The translations under genes were made by a program, and so were the position numbers. From positions 64,609 through 128,608 of the forward strand of contig JBAQUL010000015.1 in assembly GCA_049297495.1 (NCBI GenBank): DNA of 64,000 nt, read 5' to 3'. The notes under the pieces were generated by a model. It did no database searches. It had not been told where the DNA came from and saw only the letters and a program-made list of their open reading frames with translations. This DNA comes from Candidatus Moraniibacteriota bacterium (GTDB taxonomy: Bacteria > Patescibacteriota > Minisyncoccia > Moranbacterales > UBA2206). How positions within the stretch are numbered: the first letter of the stretch is position 1; every line of letters starts with the position of its first letter. This document shows positions 7,729-16,356 of the stretch, one piece after another.

Positions 7729-9483
7729 TTATTCTTTATTTTCGATTTCTTTTTTTATATTTTCCAAAAACTCCTCCACCTTCAAAATCTCTTGCTTTTT
7801 CTCTTCACCACGTTTCCGAACCGCAACTGTTCCGTCAGCCATTTCTTTTTCTCCTACAACTAAAATGTAGGGGATTTTTTGTTTTTCAGCCAGGCGGATG
7901 CGTTTGCCGAGGGATTCGTTGGAATCGTCGATGGAGGCGCGGACGTTAGACGCAACAAGTTGCGTCTCTATGGGTTTGGCATAGTCATTGAATTTTTCGG
8001 AAATCGGAATAATCATTGCTTGAACAGGGGAGAGCCAAGTTGGGAAGGCGCCGGCGTAGTGTTCGATGAGAATGCCCATGAAACGTTCAAAAGAACCCAT
8101 GATTGTGCGGTGAATGAGGACAGGAGTTTTTTCTTTGCCGTCATTGTCAATATATCGGCAATCAAACTTCAAGGGCATTTGGAAATCCAGCTGGATTGTC
8201 GCGCATTGCCAAGTTCTTCCGATGGCATCTTTCAGTTGAAAGTCGATCTTTGGTCCATAAAAAGCGCCATCTTTTTCTTTCAGTCCATAATTTTCACCAT
8301 ACAGCTCACCTAGAATTTTTTTCAAATCTTCCTCGGCCTTTTCCCAGACACTGGCCTCTCCCATAAAATCATCTGGGCGAGTGGAGAGAAACGCTCTATA
8401 TTCCAATCCAAAAGGCTTATACATCTTATCAACCAATTGAATCACTTTTTTAATCTCTTGTTCAATCTGGTCTTCGCGGATAAAGATATGCGCGTCATCT
8501 TGAGTGAATTGTTGCACGCGCAAGAGTCCTCCAAGTTGACCGGATTTTTCTTTTCGAGTGATCAGTCCCGGTTCGGCATAACGCAATGGCAGATCGCGAT
8601 AGGATTTCAGGGAGTTATTATAGATGAGAATCGCTCCCGGGCAATCCATCGGACGCAAAGCGAATTGTTTTTCGCCTTCTTCGTTTTGGATAAAATACAT
8701 ATCATCTTTGTAGTGATCCCAGTGGCCGGATTTTTTCCAAATTGAAACATCCAGCATTGAAGGGCAAAGCACCATATCATAGCCGAATTCTTTTTGGGAA
8801 TCGAGCCAGAAGTTTTTTAGTTCGTTGTAGATGATACTACCCTTGGGATGAAAAAAGGGCATTCCCGGTGCGACGTCGTGGAAAGAAAATAAATCCAACT
8901 CTTTTCCAATTTTCCGATGATCTCTTTTCTCCGCTTCTTCAAGCATATGCAAATAATCTTTCAACTCAGTCTTGGAAGCAAAAGCCACGCCATAAATTCT
9001 TTGTAATTGTTTATTTTTTTCATCTCCGCGCCAATAGGCACCGGAAATTTTTGTCAGCTTGAATCCGTCAGCTGGAATTTCGCCAGTTGAGTCTAAGTGT
9101 GGTCCGGAGCAAAGATCGACAAATGATCCAGATTTATAGACCGAAACTTTATCATTTCCACTTTTTGCCAAATCATTAATCAATTCGACTTTATAGTATT
9201 GTCCTAATTTTTCAAAATCCGCTCTTGCCTCGGCGATGGAAATCTCCGCTCGTTCAAATTGATGATTGGCTTTGATGATGGCACGCATTTTTTCTTCCAA
9301 GATTTCCAAATCTTCCGGAATGAGTGTTCTTGGTAAATCAAAGTCGTAGTAGAAGCCATTTTCAATCGCCGGACCAATGGCAAATTTTGCCTCAGGAAAC
9401 ATTTCCAAAACTGCCGCCGCAAGTACGTGCGAAGTTGAGTGGCGCAAGATTTCTAAGTTTTCGTTCGCTTGTTGTGTTGACAT
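7729..9483 (-). CDS. thrS: Threonine--tRNA ligase (short form without N-terminal TGS domains)
   Basis: It has the editing-domain HSTSH motif, class II synthetase core motifs and a C-terminal anticodon-binding domain. Length 584 aa. Confidence 0.93.
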   Translation of the reverse strand: MSTQQANENLEILRHSTSHVLAAAVLEMFPEAKFAIGPAIENGFYYDFDLPRTLIPEDLEILEEKMRAIIKANHQFERAEISIAEARADFEKLGQYYKVELINDLAKSGNDKVSVYKSGSFVDLCSGPHLDSTGEIPADGFKLTKISGAYWRGDEKNKQLQRIYGVAFASKTELKDYLHMLEEAEKRDHRKIGKELDLFSFHDVAPGMPFFHPKGSIIYNELKNFWLDSQKEFGYDMVLCPSMLDVSIWKKSGHWDHYKDDMYFIQNEEGEKQFALRPMDCPGAILIYNNSLKSYRDLPLRYAEPGLITRKEKSGQLGGLLRVQQFTQDDAHIFIREDQIEQEIKKVIQLVDKMYKPFGLEYRAFLSTRPDDFMGEASVWEKAEEDLKKILGELYGENYGLKEKDGAFYGPKIDFQLKDAIGRTWQCATIQLDFQMPLKFDCRYIDNDGKEKTPVLIHRTIMGSFERFMGILIEHYAGAFPTWLSPVQAMIIPISEKFNDYAKPIETQLVASNVRASIDDSNESLGKRIRLAEKQKIPYILVVGEKEMADGTVAVRKRGEEKKQEILKVEEFLENIKKEIENKE

Positions 9484-9565
9484 ATTATTTATTTAGTGTT
9501 ATTAATTATTATTCTTGTGCTGACTTAGTTTTTTTGACAATCTATATGCGAGAGGAGGTGGTTTT

Positions 9566-9772
9566 ATGAACATTAAGGGCATAACTTGTCCGGGATGCAA
9601 AATGATTTTGGGGGAAATGGGGAATTTCATGGAGTACCCAGTAGCGATGATTCTGGGGAAAAAAGTCAAGCATTACCGTCTTCAAGGCGATAATCATTTT
9701 TTTTGCCCAGGCTGTAATGTAGCCCTTGAGTTGAAAATCTCAGGGGACAGCGTGATCATTGGATGCCGCTAA
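9566..9772 (+). CDS. Small zinc-ribbon protein (two CPGC pairs)
   Basis: GAGGAGGTG lies 6 nt before the ATG. CPGC...CPGC motifs are 45 aa apart. Length 68 aa. Confidence 0.5.
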   Translation: MNIKGITCPGCKMILGEMGNFMEYPVAMILGKKVKHYRLQGDNHFFCPGCNVALELKISGDSVIIGCR

Positions 9773-9867
9773 AACCAGTCTAAAATATTTTGTTGAAGAA
9801 GTGAAAGCTGAATTTGATGATATCATTAATGACCCATAATAACAGCTTTCGTTTTAGAACAACAAAA

Positions 9868-9954
9868 AACCCGTCTCAAAATCTGTTTTCAGAGAAGCCT
9901 AGTACGGCCTTTCTAAGCTAAAAACAGATACTTGAGACGGGTTTCTTTTATTTC
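9868..9954 (+). terminator. Long nested-stem rho-independent terminator
   Basis: AACCCGTCTCAA at 9868-9879 pairs with TTGAGACGGGTT at 9932-9943. Inside is an inner stem ATCTGTTTTC/GAAAACAGAT. The hairpin is followed by TCTTTTATTTC. Confidence 0.6.
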
Positions 9955-10137
9955 TAAAAGTAATTCCGCGGTTCCACTCAATTTTCCCGTCAGTCGTGAC
10001 TGACAGGACACTTTGGATAAGCTATTTCGCCAGCTTTTGGCCGAAGCTCGGCGGGTGGTTGGTCCGCGTCGGTGCTTCATTGATTTTTCGTGTCTATAGT
10101 ATATAGGTTTTTATGATAATCGTCAAACTAAAGAAAC

Positions 10138-10175
10138 AGAAGCTCAGCTCCTGGAGCTCCAGGAGCTGAGCTTCT
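10138..10175. repeat. Perfect 38-nt palindrome (19+19, no spacer)
   Basis: AGAAGCTCAGCTCCTGGAG|CTCCAGGAGCTGAGCTTCT, followed by the GATACG-TCAGC-CGTATC hairpin. It lies in the 500-nt noncoding stretch upstream of rnpB. Confidence 0.7.
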
Positions 10176-10266
10176 GAGCGCGCGATACGTCAGCGTATCT
10201 TTACAATTTCCCCATATAATGCTAGGATAATAGGAGAGAAAAAGGAGATAATCAGGCTCAATTTAG

Positions 10267-10629
10267 CCATTTATCAAAGCAAATTGGGTAATTACTCTTT
10301 CTCGCTTTGGCGAGGGAGGGAGGAAAGTCCGGACATTTACCCCGCCTTGGCGGGGGAGGGTAATGGGTAATACCCATACGGAGTAATCCGCGAGGTGCGA
10401 GCAGAGACGCTTTTATTAGCAATAATAAGAGCACCCTGATTTATTGGGGTGAGCCCTAATGGCAACATTAGGGGTGAAACGGCTAAATCCTTATCTGAAT
10501 GCAAGGCCGTGTCCCGATGCAAATTGGGAAGTGCCGCTTGAGGTTTTGAGCAATCAAGATCCCAGATAAATTATTACCAAGGAATTTTTCCAAACAGAAT
10601 CCGGCTTATAGATTTGCTTTGATAAATGG
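10267..10629 (+). ncRNA. rnpB: RNase P RNA, bacterial type A
   Basis: GGGAGGAAAGTCCGGAC (P4 5' strand) and ACAGAATCCGGCTTAT (P4 3' strand) are present. The P1 stem pairs CCATTTATCAAAGCAAAT (10267-10284) with ATTTGCTTTGATAAATGG (10612-10629). Length about 363 nt. Confidence 0.88.
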
Positions 10630-10669
10630 TTGACTTGTAAAGATAGTGTTGTGTATTTTTTAAAAAAAT

Positions 10670-12085
10670 ATGAAAAAATCCGAATTATTTTTTAGTGCTA
10701 TCCAAGTTCCAATTGATTTTGCCATGATTGTTCTGGCAGCGCTAACTGCTTTTTCTGTCCGCAATGTGCCCAGCATTATCCAACTCAAGCCGCTACTCTA
10801 TTCTTTCCCGTTTGATATTTATTTGCGGATTGTTCTAATGACTGCACCGCTTTTTCTTTTGGTCTATGCTTTTGAGGGACTTTATGATATTCGTTCGACA
10901 AGAAAATTTTGGAAGGAAGCTTTGAAGATTTTTGCAGCAACTTCCATTGGTCTTGTGATCATAATCGTGGCGATATTCTTGAAACGAGAATGGTTTTCCT
11001 CTCGTTTTATTATTTTAGCCGCTTGGCTTTTGGCAACGACTTATGTTGTTATTGCTAGATATTTGTTGCAATTAGTACAAAAATGGCTTTTGCGAAATCG
11101 AGAAATCGGGGTGCATCGCGTCCTGCTTATCGGAAAAAATTCCAAGATGGATGTGATCTCGCGAACCATCAAAAATAATAAAAATCTTGGTTATAAGGTA
11201 ATTGATCAGATTGATACTGCTCATCTCAAAGTGATTAAAATGATCAAAGAAGAACGAGGCATTGATGAAATCATTCTTTGCGAATCTTCAACCACTGATG
11301 ATGAGCAGGAAAAGCTGATTGACTACTGCACCATTCATAATGTTGTCTATAAATACATTCCGACTGGACTGCAGACATTCAAGTTTGAAATCGGGATGCT
11401 CAACGGCGAGCCATTGATTGAAGTCAAAAACACCCCACTGGATGGTTGGGGTCGAATTGCTAAGCGGACATTTGATATCGTTGCTTCACTCATTGGGATT
11501 ACCCTTACCTCTCCAATCATGATTGTCACCGCTATCGCAAGTAAACTTGACAGTAAGGGCCCGATAATCTATAAGAACGAACGCATTGGCAGCGATGGGA
11601 AGAAATTTTTTGTGTATAAATTCCGCTATTTTAAAAGTGAGTATTGTATTTCAAAAAATAATCCAAAATTGCAAGCAGCACTTGAATACGAAAAGGAACT
11701 AATCGAGAAGCAGAGTGTTAGGCGTGGACCACTCTATAAGATCAAAGCTGATCCGAGAAAAACTCGCGTGGGCAATTTTATTGAAAGATATTCCATCGAT
11801 GAATTGCCGCAGCTTTTCAATGTATTATTTGGTTCCATGAGTCTCGTTGGTCCTCGTCCACATCAAGAGCGTGAGATTGAGAAGTATATGGAGTATCACC
11901 GCCGCCTGCTCACGATCAAGCCTGGCGTCTCAGGAATGGCTCAAATATCAGGTCGATCGGATTTGGATTTTGAAGATGAATATAAATTGGATCTATATTA
12001 TATTGAGAATTGGTCAATGCTACTCGACATAATAATTTGTCTCAAAACTATTGGGGTGCTATTTTCTAAACGAAGAAATCTGTAA
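10670..12085 (+). CDS. Polyprenyl-phosphate sugar phosphotransferase (bacterial sugar transferase, WbaP/CpsE-like)
   Basis: Multi-TM N-terminus and a C-terminal sugar-transferase domain (RTFDIVASLIG...GPIIYKNERIG...ELPQLFNVLFGSMSLVGPRP). Confidence 0.85.
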   Translation: MKKSELFFSAIQVPIDFAMIVLAALTAFSVRNVPSIIQLKPLLYSFPFDIYLRIVLMTAPLFLLVYAFEGLYDIRSTRKFWKEALKIFAATSIGLVIIIVAIFLKREWFSSRFIILAAWLLATTYVVIARYLLQLVQKWLLRNREIGVHRVLLIGKNSKMDVISRTIKNNKNLGYKVIDQIDTAHLKVIKMIKEERGIDEIILCESSTTDDEQEKLIDYCTIHNVVYKYIPTGLQTFKFEIGMLNGEPLIEVKNTPLDGWGRIAKRTFDIVASLIGITLTSPIMIVTAIASKLDSKGPIIYKNERIGSDGKKFFVYKFRYFKSEYCISKNNPKLQAALEYEKELIEKQSVRRGPLYKIKADPRKTRVGNFIERYSIDELPQLFNVLFGSMSLVGPRPHQEREIEKYMEYHRRLLTIKPGVSGMAQISGRSDLDFEDEYKLDLYYIENWSMLLDIIICLKTIGVLFSKRRNL

Positions 12086-12112
12086 ACGCGTAAGTCGTAA
12101 AGTAAATAAGAA

Positions 12113-13228
12113 ATGCGGATTGCTCTGGCTCATGATTATTTGGTTCAATGTGGAGGCGCGGAAAAAGTGCTCGAATGTTTTTGCGAGCTTTTTCCTTATG
12201 CGCCAATATATACCATAGTCTATGATGAAAATTTGATGCATGGCATGTTCAAGGGCAAAAAAATCAAAACTTCCTATCTGCAAAAAATTCCATTTGCTCC
12301 GACACGACACCGAATATTTCCTCCCCTTATGCCTATGGCGATTGAGCAGTTTGATTTTTCCCAGTATGATATCGTACTCTCTGATTCATCCGCCTATGCT
12401 AAGGGAATAATTACAGGACCAGAAACATTGCATATTTGCTATATGCACACACCAATGCGTTACGCTTGGGATGATTGTCATAAATACACGACTGACTTCT
12501 ATTTCCCAACCTTCATCAAGAAGATAGTTCCTTTTTTCATGAACTATATCCGTGTTTGGGATCGATTCAGTGCTGATCGTCCAAACAAAATTATCGCCAA
12601 TTCAAATTTTATCGCAAGACGAATTGTGAAATATTACAAACGAGATTCCTTAGTCATTAATCCTCCGATAACGTTAAACAACTTCTACATTAGTGATAAA
12701 ACGGAGAATTATTTCTTGATGGTCGGACGTTTCATGGCCTATAAGCGTTTCGACATTGCAATCGAAGCTTTTAATAAATTGAAATTGCCTTTAAAGATAT
12801 TGGGTCGCGGGCCTGAATTGAGGCGGCTCAAAAAAATTGCTGGACCTAATATTGAATTTCTTGGCAGAGTTTCAGATGAGGAATTGTTTAGTTGTTTTTC
12901 TCGCTGTCGAGCATTTATATTTCCACAGGAAGATGATTTTGGTATTGTTGCGATTGAGGCCATGGCATCGGGCCGACCACTTATCGCTTATCGAGGAGGT
13001 GATATTCCTGAACACGTAGAAGAAGGTAAGACTGGGATATTTTTTGAAAACCAAACACCCGAAGATATTATTGACGCAGTGGGAAGATTTCGAGATGACG
13101 ATTATGATCCTAAATATATCAGAGAAAAGGTCTTAAGATTTGACAAGAAAATTTTCAAGGAAAAAATTAAAAAATATATTGACCAAGAATTGGCAGCGCA
13201 TTTGGCAAAACGAGAAAGACCAGTTTGA
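12113..13228 (+). CDS. Glycosyltransferase family 4 (GT-B)
   Basis: C-terminal E..GIVAIEAMASGRPLIA motif of the retaining GT4 family. Confidence 0.85.
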   Translation: MRIALAHDYLVQCGGAEKVLECFCELFPYAPIYTIVYDENLMHGMFKGKKIKTSYLQKIPFAPTRHRIFPPLMPMAIEQFDFSQYDIVLSDSSAYAKGIITGPETLHICYMHTPMRYAWDDCHKYTTDFYFPTFIKKIVPFFMNYIRVWDRFSADRPNKIIANSNFIARRIVKYYKRDSLVINPPITLNNFYISDKTENYFLMVGRFMAYKRFDIAIEAFNKLKLPLKILGRGPELRRLKKIAGPNIEFLGRVSDEELFSCFSRCRAFIFPQEDDFGIVAIEAMASGRPLIAYRGGDIPEHVEEGKTGIFFENQTPEDIIDAVGRFRDDDYDPKYIREKVLRFDKKIFKEKIKKYIDQELAAHLAKRERPV

Positions 13229-13355
13229 TCCTCCTGCGCTGAAGCTCCGGCGGACGAGCTAATTTTGAGTAAATTATTCGTGGCTTATCACGAGTAGGAC
13301 TCATGACTTACTCTGGGGTTTATTACCTTCGATTAATTTTTTAAAGAATATTGAT

Positions 13356-13961
13356 ATGGAATTAAAAGAGTATTTATTAATCATAAGAAAACAGGTGAAG
13401 CTTTTTGTGGGAGTAATCGCCTTATTTGTCTTGGGCATATTGGGCTATTTTATTTTTCGTCCCGTAGTTTTTGACACATCTCTTTTCTTAAATATCACTC
13501 GAGTAGGTAATCAAGTTTCGGAAGGGTATAAGTATGATGATTTTTATCGTTTGCAAGCTGATGAAAAATTTGCTGAGACAATCGTAGAATGGCTCAAGAG
13601 TCCGCGGATTGTTGTGGATATTAGCAGTGCAGCAGGAAGAAATGTTGAAGAATTGAGCTTGAAGCAATTAACTAAGATTTTTCAAGCAGAAAAAATGTCT
13701 TCGCAGATTGTTTCAGTGAAATTTTCCGCTGCCGACAAAAAAACAGCTGAAAAAAATGCACAGGCCATCTCCGATGTTTTAAGGAAGAATACTGAAAAAT
13801 TGAATGAGGATCAGCAGGAGGACACCTGGTTTGAAATTAAAGCTGATAACCCAGTGATTATTGAGAATGCCCCCGACTTGCGGATTGTATTCCTAGCGGC
13901 ATTAGCAATGGGGATATTTATGGGTTTTTGGATTGTTATGTTAAAGCACTATTTGAAATAA
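13356..13961 (+). CDS. Wzz-like polysaccharide chain-length determinant (short, two TM helices)
   Basis: N-terminal MELKEYLLIIRK plus TM, a periplasmic region, and a C-terminal TM. Sits in a polysaccharide gene context. Confidence 0.5.
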   Translation: MELKEYLLIIRKQVKLFVGVIALFVLGILGYFIFRPVVFDTSLFLNITRVGNQVSEGYKYDDFYRLQADEKFAETIVEWLKSPRIVVDISSAAGRNVEELSLKQLTKIFQAEKMSSQIVSVKFSAADKKTAEKNAQAISDVLRKNTEKLNEDQQEDTWFEIKADNPVIIENAPDLRIVFLAALAMGIFMGFWIVMLKHYLK

Positions 13962-13991
13962 AGACTTAACTCTTGATTTGGGAAAAATACG

Positions 13992-15167
13992 ATGACTAGA
14001 ATCTGTATAGATGTGCGATGTCTCTCTGAAGGAAGAAGGACCGGTGTGGAGGAGTATGCCTTGGGACTCTTTTTGAATTTGTTTAAGCTCGACAAGGAAA
14101 ATGAATACGTCTTGTTTTTGAGTGCTTGGAAAAAGCTTGATTTTGATTTCTCACTATTTTCCCAATACCCCAATGTTAGCTTGAAAAAAATTCGTGTTCC
14201 CAATAAGCTCTTGAATTTTTTCTTCTGGTATTTTGGCTGGCCCAAGATTGACAGACTGGTTGGCGGAGCCGATATTGTTTTTTCCCCTAATATTATTTTT
14301 GGCGCAGTTAGCACAAATGTTACATCCATAACAACAGTTCATGATCTATCCTTCGAGAGATATCCAAGATATTTTTCCTGGAAAAGGCGACTTTGGCATG
14401 TTTTTGTTAATCCTAGAAAAATTTGCCAGATTGCAAATAAAATAATTACCGTTTCACATTCTTCAGCAGCTGATATTTCAAACATATATGGGATTGCAAA
14501 AGAAAAAATTTTCGTCATCCCGAGCGCGATAGGAAGCAACTTTTGCGTGCTTAGTCGCAATGACAGAAAGTTGATTGAGGTAAAAGAGCGATATGACCTA
14601 CCATTTAAATTCATTCTTTTTTTAGGGACAGTTGAGCCGAGAAAAAATATTTTAGGTGTAATTGAAGCCTATAATGCCTTGCAGGAAATTGCAATCAAGG
14701 AAGATGATGCAGAATTGTTAAGGTATAAGCTGGTAATCGCGGGTTCCTCTGGCTGGCTCAGCGATGAATTGTTTGAGGAAATTGAGAAGTCAAAATTCAA
14801 AGATAATATAATCTTACCTGGATTTATTGCAAGTGACGATATGGCCCATGTCTACAATCTTGCCTCGCTTTTCGTTTACCCATCGTTTTTTGAGGGTTTC
14901 GGTTTTCCGCCACTTGAGGCGATGGGATGTGGCGTACCAGTGATTACTGCTAATAATTCATCACTTCCTGAGATTTGCGCAAATTGCGCTATGCTCATAG
15001 ACCCTCATCAACCCGGAGAAATCTGTGAGGCGATGCGGCAAATTTTATCAAATAAGGTCTTACGAGAAAAATTAATCCAAATGGGGCTGGAAAGGGCAAA
15101 AGAATTCACCTGGGAAAAAACTGCCAATAACGTTCTGGAGACATTAAATCTTAATAGTCACAAATAA
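13992..15167 (+). CDS. Glycosyltransferase family 4
   Basis: EGFGFPPLEAMGCGVPVITANNSSLPEI. Confidence 0.85.
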   Translation: MTRICIDVRCLSEGRRTGVEEYALGLFLNLFKLDKENEYVLFLSAWKKLDFDFSLFSQYPNVSLKKIRVPNKLLNFFFWYFGWPKIDRLVGGADIVFSPNIIFGAVSTNVTSITTVHDLSFERYPRYFSWKRRLWHVFVNPRKICQIANKIITVSHSSAADISNIYGIAKEKIFVIPSAIGSNFCVLSRNDRKLIEVKERYDLPFKFILFLGTVEPRKNILGVIEAYNALQEIAIKEDDAELLRYKLVIAGSSGWLSDELFEEIEKSKFKDNIILPGFIASDDMAHVYNLASLFVYPSFFEGFGFPPLEAMGCGVPVITANNSSLPEICANCAMLIDPHQPGEICEAMRQILSNKVLREKLIQMGLERAKEFTWEKTANNVLETLNLNSHK

Positions 15168-15225
15168 GTCTGCAACATTGACAATATAGCTGTCTTTGCC
15201 GGCAATTTTATGCTATAGTTGCATT

Positions 15226-16353
15226 ATGAGAATTGGTATTGATGCGCGCTTTTTCGGCCCGATAGGCAAGGGATTAGGGCGTTATACGCAAAAATTAATT
15301 GAGAAATTGGAAAAACTTGATTTGGTCAATGAGTATTTAGTTTTTCTCAAAAAGGAAAATTTTGACGAATATCAACCCCAAAATCCAAACTTTAAGAAAG
15401 TCTTAGCCAACTATAGCTGGTATTCTTTCTCTGAGCAGTTATCTTTGCCGCGATTGCTCAGAAAATATAAATTAGACTTAGTCCATTTCCCGCATTTTAA
15501 TGTTCCTCTCCTGTATAGAAAAAGGTTTGTTGTCACTATCCATGATCTAATTTTGATTCATTTCCCGACAATCAAAAATACCACCCTAAACCCGTTGTAT
15601 TATTGGATTAAATTCATGGCATATCGATTGATAATAAATTTTGCCATCGGACGATCAGAAAAGATTATTGCAGTTTCAGAGTTTACCAAGAAAGATATTG
15701 TGGAAAACTATGTAAATGTCCCCCCGGAAAAGATTGTTGTTACCCATGAAGCCTGTGAAGATTTTTGCATGCTTAGTCCCAACAAGGACGTGGAAATTTT
15801 AAAGCGTTATGCTATAATAAGACCATATCTCATATATGTAGGAAATGCTTACCCACACAAGAATCTGGAAAAATTAGTTGAAGCATTCCATTTGCTGCAG
15901 GCTAAGCATCCTGATTTAAGCTTGGTGCTTGTAGGCAAGGAAGACTATTTTTATTTAAGACTTAAAGAGATGGTGACGAAAAAGGGAATAGCTAATGTCG
16001 TTTTTGTTGGCTATATTCCTGACTATGATTTGGATACCTTATTTCACAACGCCAAAGCATTCGTTTTTCCTTCTCTCTACGAAGGATTTGGCCTTCCACC
16101 CTTGGAGGCAATGGCGAAAGGATTGCCAGTGATTTGCTCGGACCATCCTTGCATGCGAGAAATTCTGGGAGAGAGTGCCTACTATTTTAATGGAAAGGTT
16201 GAAGTTGAAATAGCGAAAGCGATTGATTTGGTGTTATCAGACAAGGGATTGCAAGATGAGATAAGAGAAGCGGGTTATCGACAGATAAAAAAGTATAGTT
16301 GGAAAAAAATGGCGGAGGAGACAATGGGGGTATATAAAAGCGTCAAAATATAA
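15226..16353 (+). CDS. Glycosyltransferase family 4
   Basis: MRIGIDARF N-terminus and EGFGLPPLEAMAKGLPVICSD. The ATG at 15226 is preferred over the upstream TTG. Confidence 0.85.
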   Translation: MRIGIDARFFGPIGKGLGRYTQKLIEKLEKLDLVNEYLVFLKKENFDEYQPQNPNFKKVLANYSWYSFSEQLSLPRLLRKYKLDLVHFPHFNVPLLYRKRFVVTIHDLILIHFPTIKNTTLNPLYYWIKFMAYRLIINFAIGRSEKIIAVSEFTKKDIVENYVNVPPEKIVVTHEACEDFCMLSPNKDVEILKRYAIIRPYLIYVGNAYPHKNLEKLVEAFHLLQAKHPDLSLVLVGKEDYFYLRLKEMVTKKGIANVVFVGYIPDYDLDTLFHNAKAFVFPSLYEGFGLPPLEAMAKGLPVICSDHPCMREILGESAYYFNGKVEVEIAKAIDLVLSDKGLQDEIREAGYRQIKKYSWKKMAEETMGVYKSVKI

Positions 16354-16356
16354 GTG

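Noticed and set aside
10200-10220. TTTACA...TATAAT as the rnpB promoter
   Set aside because: The hexamers are separated by only 9 nt. A -10-like box alone is insufficient, so it was not annotated.
9955-10266. SRP (4.5S) RNA or tmRNA in the structured region upstream of rnpB, and SRP RNA at 20815-20940
   Set aside because: I could not find the conserved helix-8 GGAA tetraloop / AGCAGC motif or a tRNA-like acceptor/T-arm pair. They are left as unassigned structured regions.
10337-10522. 61-aa minus-strand ORF from the six-frame track
   Set aside because: It lies entirely inside the RNase P RNA gene and is a spurious ORF.
14505-14540. GTCATCCCGAGCG inside the GT4 coding sequence, resembling the arm of the 139-nt palindromic element
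   Set aside because: It is a single 13-mer with one mismatch and no inverted partner, lying in a conserved coding region. It is judged coincidental.
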